Source: Acidobacteriota bacterium
GTDB taxonomy: Bacteria; Acidobacteriota; UBA6911; RPQK01; JAJDTT01
Assembly: GCA_965217775.1 (NCBI GenBank)
Contig: CBDCJH010000002.1
Span: 2,496,001-2,560,000 of the forward strand
Reading direction: 5' to 3'
DNA length: 64,000 bases
Positions 8,555 through 17,475 of the stretch are shown in pieces. Below the pieces are notes generated by a model. That model ran no database searches and was not told the origin of the DNA. It saw only the letters and a program-made list of their open reading frames with translations. The position numbers were made by a program, and so were the translations under genes. Positions within the stretch are counted from its first letter, which is position 1; each line of letters begins with the position of its first letter.

Positions 8555-11308
8555 CTATCTCTCCGGCGCCAGCAAAGTCAGGAATGCGGACTGCATGGGA
8601 TCTTTCGCCAGGAAACGCCGCACCCACCACTGACCGGACTCCGAGGCCACGGCTTCACCGAACATTCTGGCGTCGTTGTCCATGCCTCGGGCGAACCCGT
8701 GTTCGTAGCCGAACCGCAGGGCCGTCAGCGCCAACCGGGCTGCGAACTCGCGAGCAGTCCGCAGATCCTCTGCCGAATCGCCGACGGGCGTCGGTGATTG
8801 CAGGATTCCGTTCACGGCATCGCTTCCGTAAAGCGCGTCCAACTCCCGGCTCTGACTCGTAGCGAGTCGATCCCAATCGGACGCCTGAAATCGGCGCACA
8901 CCGGACCGGAGCTCTTCGGCCACGCGGAACGCCTTGGCAAGAGCGGTGCCGGAGGGATGGAACTGGTGGGCCAGCCCGATCCGCACCGCCGTTCGTCCGT
9001 CCACCGACTCTCCGTTGACCGCCATTTCGGCGGCTCGCCGCGGCCCCACGAGTCTCGGAAGCCTCTGCATACCTCCGTATCCGGGGATGATGCCGAGCTT
9101 CACCTCCGGCTGCCCGATGACGGCATTTTCGGTGACGATTCGATAGTGGGTGCTCATGGCCAGCTCGTTGCCGCCCCCCAGCGCGAAGCCGTCCACGATC
9201 GACACAACAGGAAGCGGCAGGGTTTCCAGCCGCCGGAAAAGCGCCATGTTCTCCGCCGCCAGACGCCGGATAGACTCCGCGTCCCCGCCCACGAAGCCTT
9301 GGACGTCGGCCCCCGCCACGAAGGCCCGTCCCGAGCCGCGCAGAATCAGGGCGGTCGTCTTTTCTCCGTGGAGGGTTCCGTTCGCTCCGAGCTCTTCTGT
9401 CAGTTGGGCAAGCTGGTCCAGAAGTTCCTGATTGAGGGCGTTCAAGGCGTCCGGCCGCTGGAGGGTGAGGATTCCCACTTCGTCGATCAGGCTCAAGGCG
9501 ATGAACCGGCCGTTTTCCGGGTCGGCCTCGCGGAGCGTCTTGCCCAGGTACTCGGCTTCGTAGTCGGAGATCCTCCGGCCTGCGGCGTCCGCCTGAACCA
9601 GCGCCACCCCCTTGGGTTTCGCCATGGTGCCGTCCAGCATCTTCTGCTGGATCTCCGGCAGTCCGGAAAGGCTCACCACCTCCAGGTCCTCCTGGTCCAT
9701 GACGATTCGATTCCGGGCCAGCAGTCGGACCGTCTCCCGAGCCTGGGCCGCTCGATACATGTGGGAGCCGGAGACGGTCAGGTCGTACGACCCGCGGGCG
9801 ACGACGACGCCGCACGACATCTCGTCCTTCTCGTCATGGTCCCTCAGCAGGAATGTGCTCACGTGCAGCGTACTCTGATCGGGCCGCTCCACGATGAAGT
9901 CCGGATTGACCCGGGGACCGAAGACCGCCCAAATGGCCCGCCCGAGAGCGCGGGCGTCCAGCATGAAGTCCGACATGTAGGCGGGATTCGGGGTTCCCTC
10001 GCCGGTCAAGGGGTCCGGCATGTCGGCGGGTAGACGGAACCGATCGCGATCGATGACCTGCGACTCGGTGAGGCCCAGCCGGTACAGAGCGGCCAGCCCC
10101 TCCGCTTCCCGGGAACGAGAGGCGACCACCACCAGGTCCGCCCGCCGCTGCAGCGCCGCCTCGACGAACTCCCGCGCGTACCGGTCGGCGCCCCAGACCA
10201 GCCCTCTTCGCCCCGGCAGCAGGCCGATCTCCGAGAAGATCTCCGCCGGGGTCCCGCTCCGAAAGAGGACCTGTTTCTGGCGCATCCAGACCCAGCGGGC
10301 ATCCAGAACGAAGCGCCGTCCGTCGTAGAAGAAGGTCTCCTTGTACTCCCCCTTGAGGCCCCGCCCGGTGGCGCCGAAGAAGGCGAGTCGTCCATTCGGG
10401 CCGAGAACCGATACCAGAAGAGGAAAGTTGGCGCCCCCGGTATGCTCGAAGACCGTGTCCACCGGCCGGCCTTCGTTGGCGGCCAGCACGATCCGGCGAA
10501 AGGGCTCGGTCCGGGCATGCCACCGGTCATACTCCTCCTCCACGTCGACCACACCGAAGACTTCGGCGGGGATCTGCCGCCGGTCGACGAAGGCGTCGGC
10601 GATTCCCCGTTCGATGAGGGATCGGCCCAACTTCGGATTGGAACCCATCAGGACGACGCGGGCTCCGAGGGCCTTTCCCAGTTGCGCCGCGGCGAAGCTG
10701 GTTCCCTTCCCGCCTCCCAGGACCAACATCGAATCTCCCGGACCGACGGCCAGACGTTCCACGACGGTGCGGTAGGCCGTTCCGTACGTGAGCAGCATGG
10801 CCGAAAGCTGCTCGGGACTGTGGCCGCCGAGGGACGGAGGGACCGGTATGGCCCGCTCCTCGTCCACCAAGGCGAACTGGGCGTTGAAGCCGTCGTGGGT
10901 CTCGTAGCCGCGGATGTTGTGGCCGGTCCAGGAATCGAGAATGACGGCCTGTCCCACCTTCACCGACCGGACCGCCGGGCCCGCATCCACCACGATGCCC
11001 AGGGCGTCGCTTCCCGGAATGTGCAGGGTGGCGCTGTCGCCCCGGCCGAAGACGGGAACCGGCAGCCCCAGAGCCGCGAAATTGGTATTGAAGTTGGGTC
11101 CGCTGGCCAGCACGGATACGAGGACACCCCGGGCGTCGGCGGAGCTCAGGCGCGGAACCTCGACCTGCTCCAGGCGGACCACGTCCCGGGGCGGACCGTA
11201 TCGGTCCCGGTACAGGGTCAGCGCGTGCATCCGTTTCGGAATGGACCGGGCCAGAGTCGGACAGAAGCCCAGCGGCCAGGGCGTATCGGGGCGATCAGCG
11301 GCGGTCAC
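8555..11308 (-). CDS. Fusion of Ccr/Pcs-type enoyl-CoA (carboxylase)/reductase (MDR) and enoyl-CoA hydratase (crotonase)
   Basis: N-part: GPNFNT, HIPGSDALGIV, IRGYETHDGFNAQF, LTYGTAYR, DARWVWMRQK, GSHM. C-part: RPDALNAL, AFVAGAD, ALGGGNELA, GQPEVKLGIIPGYGGMQRLPRLVG. True start may be ATG at 11230. Confidence 0.85.
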   Translation of the reverse strand: MTAADRPDTPWPLGFCPTLARSIPKRMHALTLYRDRYGPPRDVVRLEQVEVPRLSSADARGVLVSVLASGPNFNTNFAALGLPVPVFGRGDSATLHIPGSDALGIVVDAGPAVRSVKVGQAVILDSWTGHNIRGYETHDGFNAQFALVDEERAIPVPPSLGGHSPEQLSAMLLTYGTAYRTVVERLAVGPGDSMLVLGGGKGTSFAAAQLGKALGARVVLMGSNPKLGRSLIERGIADAFVDRRQIPAEVFGVVDVEEEYDRWHARTEPFRRIVLAANEGRPVDTVFEHTGGANFPLLVSVLGPNGRLAFFGATGRGLKGEYKETFFYDGRRFVLDARWVWMRQKQVLFRSGTPAEIFSEIGLLPGRRGLVWGADRYAREFVEAALQRRADLVVVASRSREAEGLAALYRLGLTESQVIDRDRFRLPADMPDPLTGEGTPNPAYMSDFMLDARALGRAIWAVFGPRVNPDFIVERPDQSTLHVSTFLLRDHDEKDEMSCGVVVARGSYDLTVSGSHMYRAAQARETVRLLARNRIVMDQEDLEVVSLSGLPEIQQKMLDGTMAKPKGVALVQADAAGRRISDYEAEYLGKTLREADPENGRFIALSLIDEVGILTLQRPDALNALNQELLDQLAQLTEELGANGTLHGEKTTALILRGSGRAFVAGADVQGFVGGDAESIRRLAAENMALFRRLETLPLPVVSIVDGFALGGGNELAMSTHYRIVTENAVIGQPEVKLGIIPGYGGMQRLPRLVGPRRAAEMAVNGESVDGRTAVRIGLAHQFHPSGTALAKAFRVAEELRSGVRRFQASDWDRLATSQSRELDALYGSDAVNGILQSPTPVGDSAEDLRTAREFAARLALTALRFGYEHGFARGMDNDARMFGEAVASESGQWWVRRFLAKDPMQSAFLTLLAPER

Positions 11309-11321
11309 AACGCGCGAATCG

Positions 11322-12668
11322 TCAGATCAATTCCGGGATGGGCTGCCCCATGGTGTCGTCGAAACCGTTGGCGATGTAGACGGGACGTCCAACGGGAGCC
11401 ATGTAGGTCTTGGTCCAATCGATACCCAGCGCCTTGTAGATGGTGGCGTAGAGGTCGCCGATGGAGATCGGGCGTTCCGCAACGAAGGCGGCCCGGTCGT
11501 CGCTGACGCCGATGACCTGCCCCCCTTGGATACCGCCGCCTCCCAGGGCCAACGACCAGCAGTGGGGCCAGTGATCCCGACCCAGGCCGGGATTGATGTG
11601 GGGAGTCCGCCCGAACTCACCCATGACCAGCACCACCGTCGATTCCCACAGACCCCTCTGTTCCAAATCTTCCAACAGCGCGGAGAGCGCCTGGTCCAGG
11701 GGAGGCGTCAGGTCTTCCTTGAGCCGCTTGTCGTTGCTCCCGTGGGTGTCCCACTGCCCGTGCTTGTAACCGGCCGCCGTGACGAAGCGGCACCCGGCCT
11801 CCACCAGGCGGCGGGCCATCAGCACGCTCTGGCCGACGCGGTGGCGTCCGTACGCGTCCCTGGTCTTCTCCGATTCGCTGGAGAGGTCGAACGCCTTCTG
11901 GACGTGAGACGAGAGGATCATGCCCAGTGCCTGCTCGCGGTAAGTGTCCATCTTGCCGAACTCGGCCACCTCCTGGGTGGCCCGGTAATGCCGGTCCACG
12001 ATGCTGAGCAGGGTCTTCCGGTCTTCGATGGCCGCGGCGGAGACCGATTTGGGCAACCGGAGGTCGGGTACGACATATTCCTCGCCGCTGGGATCCGGCA
12101 GGACCATGGCGTCGTACTCGGCGCCGATGTACGAGCCCTTGAAGGCCTCCTCGTAGTTGTAGAAGTCGTTTTCCCAAGGCATGGGGACCGTGGTGAACGG
12201 CGGCATGCCGTTGCGGGGACCCATTTCCTTGGCCACGATCGAGCCGACCCCGGGGAACTTCATGGTGGGGCTGGGCCGATGGCCGGTGAGGGACTCGATG
12301 GTTCCCTGGGGGTGGTTGGTCTCCTGCGTCCGCATGGACCGGATCAGCGAGAGCTTGTCCAGGTGCCCGGCCGTCCGGGGCAGGAGTTCGGAGATGCGGA
12401 TGCCGTCGACGTTGGTGTCGATGGAGCCGAAGTTGGTGTTCCCCTTGGGGTCCCAGGTGTCCATCTGGCTGGGGCCGCCCTCCAGGAAGAGGAGAATGCA
12501 CGCCTGCGCCTGGCCCGCGGGAGGTTTGGCGCCGGCCGCTGCCTGGAGACGTTCCAGACTGAGGAGGTCGCCGGCGTTCATCCCGAGAAAGCTCAGGGAA
12601 CCTACGCGGAGGAAGTCGCGGCGCCCGAGTTTGGTCCGCCTGCATTGGAAACATCTATATTCGTTCAA
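11322..12668 (-). CDS. DUF1501 family protein
   Basis: Tat motif GRRDFL; GGPSQMDTWDPK, ARRLVEAGCRFV, WDTH, GEFGRTPHIN, GRDHWP. Confidence 0.92.
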   Translation of the reverse strand: MNEYRCFQCRRTKLGRRDFLRVGSLSFLGMNAGDLLSLERLQAAAGAKPPAGQAQACILLFLEGGPSQMDTWDPKGNTNFGSIDTNVDGIRISELLPRTAGHLDKLSLIRSMRTQETNHPQGTIESLTGHRPSPTMKFPGVGSIVAKEMGPRNGMPPFTTVPMPWENDFYNYEEAFKGSYIGAEYDAMVLPDPSGEEYVVPDLRLPKSVSAAAIEDRKTLLSIVDRHYRATQEVAEFGKMDTYREQALGMILSSHVQKAFDLSSESEKTRDAYGRHRVGQSVLMARRLVEAGCRFVTAAGYKHGQWDTHGSNDKRLKEDLTPPLDQALSALLEDLEQRGLWESTVVLVMGEFGRTPHINPGLGRDHWPHCWSLALGGGGIQGGQVIGVSDDRAAFVAERPISIGDLYATIYKALGIDWTKTYMAPVGRPVYIANGFDDTMGQPIPELI

Positions 12669-12690
12669 CTTTCCTTCTCCGTCAGTCCTT

Positions 12691-12771
12691 GGAGGGGCGA
12701 CGTTGCGGTCGTCCGTTCCTTATTTGGCCCATTGTTGCATTGGAGTCCGGCGGCAAGAAAGCCGCCGCTCC
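12691..12771. repeat. Inverted pair of GGAG-type REP-like palindromes
   Basis: GGAGGGGCGACGTTGCGGTCGTCC (12691-12714) and the reverse of GGAGCGGCGGCTTTCTTGCCGCCG (12748-12771), in an intra-operon spacer. Confidence 0.6.
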
Positions 12772-12777
12772 CGTTCC

Positions 12778-15363
12778 TCAATGATTGTATGCAAACTCCC
12801 GCGAGCTGATTAGGGCCCACATCAGGTTCGCCAGTTGCTCCGGCCGCGGGGAGGACCCCTCTCGGACATACGCTTCCAGGTCGGATCTTTCCCGTTCGGT
12901 CGGATAGCGCGAAAGCGCTGCCAGGTAGAAGTCTTCGATGATCCGGGCATCGGACAGGCCTTCCCGCAGCGCCCGGTCGAGACGTCCGCCCTCCTGGGTG
13001 ATTTTGGTCGTATAAGTCGACCCCGCCCACATGTGCAGGGCCTGGGTCAAGGTCAGGGACGGCTTTTCCGGAAGCGACTTGCGCATGGACCGTCCGTAGA
13101 CGTTGAGGAAATGGCAGGGAAACAGTTCGGGAATCAGGTCGATGGCGCGGGCCCCCGGACGAGCCGCGCCGGTGCGCACGGTCTTGGGGTGCACCGGGAA
13201 CTCCTCCGGGACCCCGGTGGCGTGGGAGATGGCGTCCAACAGGACGGTGGCCTGCAACGGCCGGGCCAAAGCCCGCGCATAGTTGATTCCATCTTCCTGG
13301 TTGGTCCGGTTGGGGACTCCCGAAGTCTGGTAGGTCCGCGACCGGACGATCCGCCTCATCAGGTGCTTCAGGTCGTAGCCGTGCTCCACGAAGTCTTCCG
13401 CCAGCGCCGACAGCAGCTCGGGATGGGTCGGCGGGTTGGATACCTTGAAATCGTCCACAGGGTCCACGACTCCCCGGCCGAAGTAATAGCCCCAGACCCG
13501 GTTCACGACGGTCCGGGCGAAGGCGGGCTGGGCGATGATCCAGTCGGCCAGAGCCAGGCGCGGATCGCGCTCCTGTTCCCCTGTCGGGAATGACCCGTCC
13601 AGGAACCCGGCCCGGACTTCTTCCTTCCGGCGTGGATGGACGGTTTTGATGCCCTCCCGTTTCAAGTCGTAGGATCGCCCACCCTCCGGATTGTCGAAAA
13701 CCAATTGGGAATCCAGAAGTTGCGTGACGTTGCCGAAAAAGGCGGTCATTCCCCAGAACTGGTCCTGGCTCCAGGTCTCGAAGGGATGGTTGTGGCACTG
13801 GGCGCAATCCAGCCGGCGCCCCATGAAGACGCGGACCTGCTCGGCCATGATCTCGTGCGGCACGACCAGTTCGGTATAACGAAAAAAGTGACGGGTGGGA
13901 GCCGCGTACCCCTGAGCGGCGATACGTTCCCGCGCCATGCGGTCGTAGGGCTTGTTCTGGAGGATGCCGTTGCGGACCCAGTCGCCGTATGCCTTGACCT
14001 CCTTGAGCGAGCCCACGGAGGTGTAGGTCACCCGGAACAGGTCCCCGAACAGGAAACTCCAATAGTCCACGTACTGGGGAGAGTCCAGGAGAGTCTCGAT
14101 GAGCTTGTCCCGTTTCCGCGGGTCGCGGTCGGCCAGGAATTCCCGGACGCGATCCGGCGGCGGAAGGGTGCCGGTGATGTCCATACAGACGCGGCGCAGG
14201 AATTCCGAATCGCTGGAAAGCGCAGAAGGACGGATCTGGAACTTTCGCAGTTTGGCGAAGACGTGCTCGTCGATGAGATTGCGGGGCTCGATTCTGAAGT
14301 CGACTGGGGCCGACGCATCCACGACTCCGAAGCGTGCGCTGACGGCATGACCGGCGGTGCGGACCAGCACCGTCGTCTCTCCCCTTCCGGCGGCCGTGAC
14401 CCGGCCGTTTTCGTCGACCGTCACGACGTGGGGGTTCTGGGAGACGTAGCGAGCCTGGTGACTGATGTCCTCGCCACGGCCGTCGGGTCCGTAGGCGGTC
14501 ACCAGAAGCTGCTGGACACCCTTGCCGTCCAAGACGGATTCCTGCGGGAAGACCGTCACCCGGACTATCCGCCCAGCTTCATTTCGGTCGCCATATTCGG
14601 CCCCTTCCCGGATCCAATCCAGAAGGGCGGCGTAGTCCGCAGAGCCGGCGTCGAGGCGCTCACCGCCGCCGTGGATCACCTGCATGGCGGCCTTTTGCAG
14701 CAGCAGGCTCTCCTCCGGACGCTCCGGATTCACGCGCGGCACCCGCGGACCGCCCGATTCCATGACCAGGACCTGGTAGATCCCCCCTTTCACGATCCAC
14801 TCGTGGTCCTCTTCCGGATAGAGAGCGTCGAGGGAGAGCTTGAGACCTCCCTTTCCCTTGACGCTGCCGTGGCACTCGCTGGCGTTGCAGCCCCGTTTGG
14901 TCAGTATGGAGGCGATATCGCGGTCGAAACGGAAGGGTCTCTGAGCCGCGCCGGGATCGATTCGAATCCGGGACTGGGCCTCGCGCCCCCCGATCCGGGC
15001 CCGGAGAGTCACCTCGCCCGGCGCCAGGGCGACGACCCTGCCGGCGTCACCCACGCGCGCCAGTTCGGGATCGGAAATTCGAAGCCGGCTGTCCGAGGTC
15101 AGATCCCTCTCCAGACCATCGGCGAACGTCCCCATGACGACGAAACGCCGGGCAGCCTCCGGACCCGTCAAGTGCGCCTGCTCCGGGACCAATCTCAGAG
15201 CGAGCAGTGTCGGGGAGTGGCTCGGCGCCGGCGCCTCGAAGGCGGCCATCGCGCAAACCAGGACTGAGGAAACGACGATGACCGTCGAGCAGAGAATGGG
15301 GCCGGGCCTCCGCCCGCATCGATTCCATTGGGAAGTGATCCAATCGGACACCTGGACCTTCAT
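12778..15363 (-). CDS. DUF1549/DUF1553 protein with Ig-like (Big_2) domains
   Basis: GCNASECHG, NLIDEHVFAKL, EFLRRVCMDITGTLP, RLDCAQCHNHP, FARTVVNRVWGYYFGRG, HPELL, QALH. ATG at 15363 overlaps the upstream stop (ATGA). Confidence 0.88.
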   Translation of the reverse strand: MKVQVSDWITSQWNRCGRRPGPILCSTVIVVSSVLVCAMAAFEAPAPSHSPTLLALRLVPEQAHLTGPEAARRFVVMGTFADGLERDLTSDSRLRISDPELARVGDAGRVVALAPGEVTLRARIGGREAQSRIRIDPGAAQRPFRFDRDIASILTKRGCNASECHGSVKGKGGLKLSLDALYPEEDHEWIVKGGIYQVLVMESGGPRVPRVNPERPEESLLLQKAAMQVIHGGGERLDAGSADYAALLDWIREGAEYGDRNEAGRIVRVTVFPQESVLDGKGVQQLLVTAYGPDGRGEDISHQARYVSQNPHVVTVDENGRVTAAGRGETTVLVRTAGHAVSARFGVVDASAPVDFRIEPRNLIDEHVFAKLRKFQIRPSALSSDSEFLRRVCMDITGTLPPPDRVREFLADRDPRKRDKLIETLLDSPQYVDYWSFLFGDLFRVTYTSVGSLKEVKAYGDWVRNGILQNKPYDRMARERIAAQGYAAPTRHFFRYTELVVPHEIMAEQVRVFMGRRLDCAQCHNHPFETWSQDQFWGMTAFFGNVTQLLDSQLVFDNPEGGRSYDLKREGIKTVHPRRKEEVRAGFLDGSFPTGEQERDPRLALADWIIAQPAFARTVVNRVWGYYFGRGVVDPVDDFKVSNPPTHPELLSALAEDFVEHGYDLKHLMRRIVRSRTYQTSGVPNRTNQEDGINYARALARPLQATVLLDAISHATGVPEEFPVHPKTVRTGAARPGARAIDLIPELFPCHFLNVYGRSMRKSLPEKPSLTLTQALHMWAGSTYTTKITQEGGRLDRALREGLSDARIIEDFYLAALSRYPTERERSDLEAYVREGSSPRPEQLANLMWALISSREFAYNH

Positions 15364-17276
15364 GACGACGATTGGGAGTCCCCTTCCCCGGAGTTGCTCT
15401 CCGGATCGGCCGGTGCGACCACCATCAGCGGAACTTCCAAGACGGGCAGGTCCGCGCCGACCCGTCCTCCGACCACGGGTCTGGCGGTGATCCGAATCCA
15501 CTCGGGCATGCGGGTCACCGGAGCATCCGGTTCGGCCAGAAGGACCAGGGTCGTCTTCTGTATTCCGGGCAGGAAACTTTCCTCCTGTTTGCTGACGGGT
15601 GCGGAACTCTTCTTCTCCACGTCGGCACCCGGGAAGACCTGGACACCGGGCGGCAGGTTGGAACAGGCGAAGAGGACTTCACCGGCAAAGCCTTCTTCCT
15701 GGTGAGTGACGATGCTCAGCTTTCTGGCTATTCCCGGGACCAGGTTGATGCGTTCGACGGGGTCCACGTCGAAGGCCCCGACATGGGGAATCGGGGTTCG
15801 AACCAGCAACCGGTACTCGTAGTCCGGGCCGCCGTACCGCGAGGTGACGTCGCGAACCTCCACAAAGAACCGGCCGCTTCGCTCCAGCGTGTAGGCCATC
15901 TTGGGTTCGACCGTCTTCAAGAAGGAACTCGGAATACCGCCGCCGTTGTAGATCGTTCCATACTTGTGGACGTTGGCCAGCACCGAACCACCCTGGTCTT
16001 CGTACAGCTCCACGCGCGGATTGAAATGGGGCGGCCCCACCCGCGGCGTCGCCAGCTCGAGAATCAGTTGGGTGCCCGCCTCCCCCTCGAAGCTGTAGGT
16101 GTCGCGGTCGCCCGGGGCGCCGATAGTGCCGTCGATGAGCTCCCCTATGGAAGCCGGCAACGCCTGTCCGCGCAGCTCGTTGGGCTCCCGCTCCAGCAGC
16201 CGGGCCAGACCCTGGGGGGTTCGATCCGTCGCCGACGGCGTAGCATCCGGGGAGACCGCCAGGCTGCCGGCCCCGGTGGCCGTCTCGCGGCCTTGGGAAC
16301 GCGGCTGCTCCTGGAGGACGGTCCGGGATCGGAGACGGTCGGTCCAATCGGCCTCGATCTTCCGGGTGAAGTGCCGTTCGGTCCATGTGGGTTCAGACGT
16401 TGCCTGTGGAGCCGGGCCGGCGGTCAGAACCCGAAGCTGATAGCCACAGTCGGGGCCCCCTTTTCCCAAGAGCGACGCAACCTCCAACAGGTAGCGTCCC
16501 GACTCCGCCACACGGTAGGAGAAACGGTGCCGAACCGGAATCAGGTCGGAAGACACCTGCTCCCGGAAAAGGAGCCGGGTGGGACGGTCGGGATCGAGCC
16601 AGCTCCCGGTCGGCCGGTAAAGGGCAACCCGGGGCTCGAAGTGTGCGGCCTGGGTGATTACGAAGGTCAGCTCCTGACCGGCAACCGCGTCGAACCGATA
16701 GGCGTCCAGTTCGCCATGCTCGCCGATACGGCCGTTGACGATGACAGGGAGGTCGATCTCCTGCGCCTGCCGGGCCGATGGATGTGGGGTTTCGATCTCG
16801 CTGGTGACGGTGTCTTCGTCGACCCGGAAATGGAGCGCGTTGGAAACCCCTCGAGGAGAAACCAAGCGAAACCGATGGGTTCCGGCGGGAACCGACGAGT
16901 CCACGGTGAGGTGCGCCGTCACTCGAAAGAGGGGGTACGATTTCTTCTTGGGAGACGGGCGTGCCGGTTCCCGCCTCTCAAGCTGCTCGACTTCGCCGAC
17001 CTGAGCCTCCAAGCCGGCGGAACCGAAGACAACCGAATAGGCGCCGTCCAGCGCTTCCCCCCGGATCTCGAGTTCGATCCGGGATCCCTGCTGCCCGCCG
17101 GGAGGAAAGACCGAGATCAACGTCGGCTCGGGAAGGGCCTCATCGCCGGAGGATTGCGCCTGGAGTCGGCCCGTGGACGAAACGAACCACAACAGCGCGA
17201 TACAAGCCACCCCGAAGAAAAACGAACCGAGTCCGGAGAACCTGGGACGGTTGCAGTGTTGCCGGCGTTTCACCAC
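15360..17276 (-). CDS. PPC (pre-peptidase C-terminal) domain protein of the DUF1549/DUF1501 cluster
   Basis: Signal peptide; SVFPPGGQQG, GVSNALHF, LPVIVNGRI...DAYRF, EREPNE, DRDTYSF, GGPDYEYRL. Confidence 0.82.
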   Translation of the reverse strand: MVKRRQHCNRPRFSGLGSFFFGVACIALLWFVSSTGRLQAQSSGDEALPEPTLISVFPPGGQQGSRIELEIRGEALDGAYSVVFGSAGLEAQVGEVEQLERREPARPSPKKKSYPLFRVTAHLTVDSSVPAGTHRFRLVSPRGVSNALHFRVDEDTVTSEIETPHPSARQAQEIDLPVIVNGRIGEHGELDAYRFDAVAGQELTFVITQAAHFEPRVALYRPTGSWLDPDRPTRLLFREQVSSDLIPVRHRFSYRVAESGRYLLEVASLLGKGGPDCGYQLRVLTAGPAPQATSEPTWTERHFTRKIEADWTDRLRSRTVLQEQPRSQGRETATGAGSLAVSPDATPSATDRTPQGLARLLEREPNELRGQALPASIGELIDGTIGAPGDRDTYSFEGEAGTQLILELATPRVGPPHFNPRVELYEDQGGSVLANVHKYGTIYNGGGIPSSFLKTVEPKMAYTLERSGRFFVEVRDVTSRYGGPDYEYRLLVRTPIPHVGAFDVDPVERINLVPGIARKLSIVTHQEEGFAGEVLFACSNLPPGVQVFPGADVEKKSSAPVSKQEESFLPGIQKTTLVLLAEPDAPVTRMPEWIRITARPVVGGRVGADLPVLEVPLMVVAPADPESNSGEGDSQSSS

Positions 17277-17475
17277 TCGGAGCTTTCCGGTTGTTGACTG
17301 AGAAGTGATTTCGAATCATACCACTTTGCCCCGGCAACAGCGAATTTCCAGGACTTTCCCCATTTTTTTGGGGGAACTCCTGTGAATTTCGCCGGGACCG
17401 AAGATGCGTTATCTTCATCCAAAACCGACGGGCGTGAGCCTCTTTTCTCCGATTTCTCGCCTTCAGGGACAGAAG

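Noticed and set aside
10914-17297. Long plus-strand ORFs (631, 543 and 641 aa) and similar antisense ORFs elsewhere
   Set aside because: They lie opposite well-supported genes, lack motifs, and are expected in GC-rich DNA with few stop codons.
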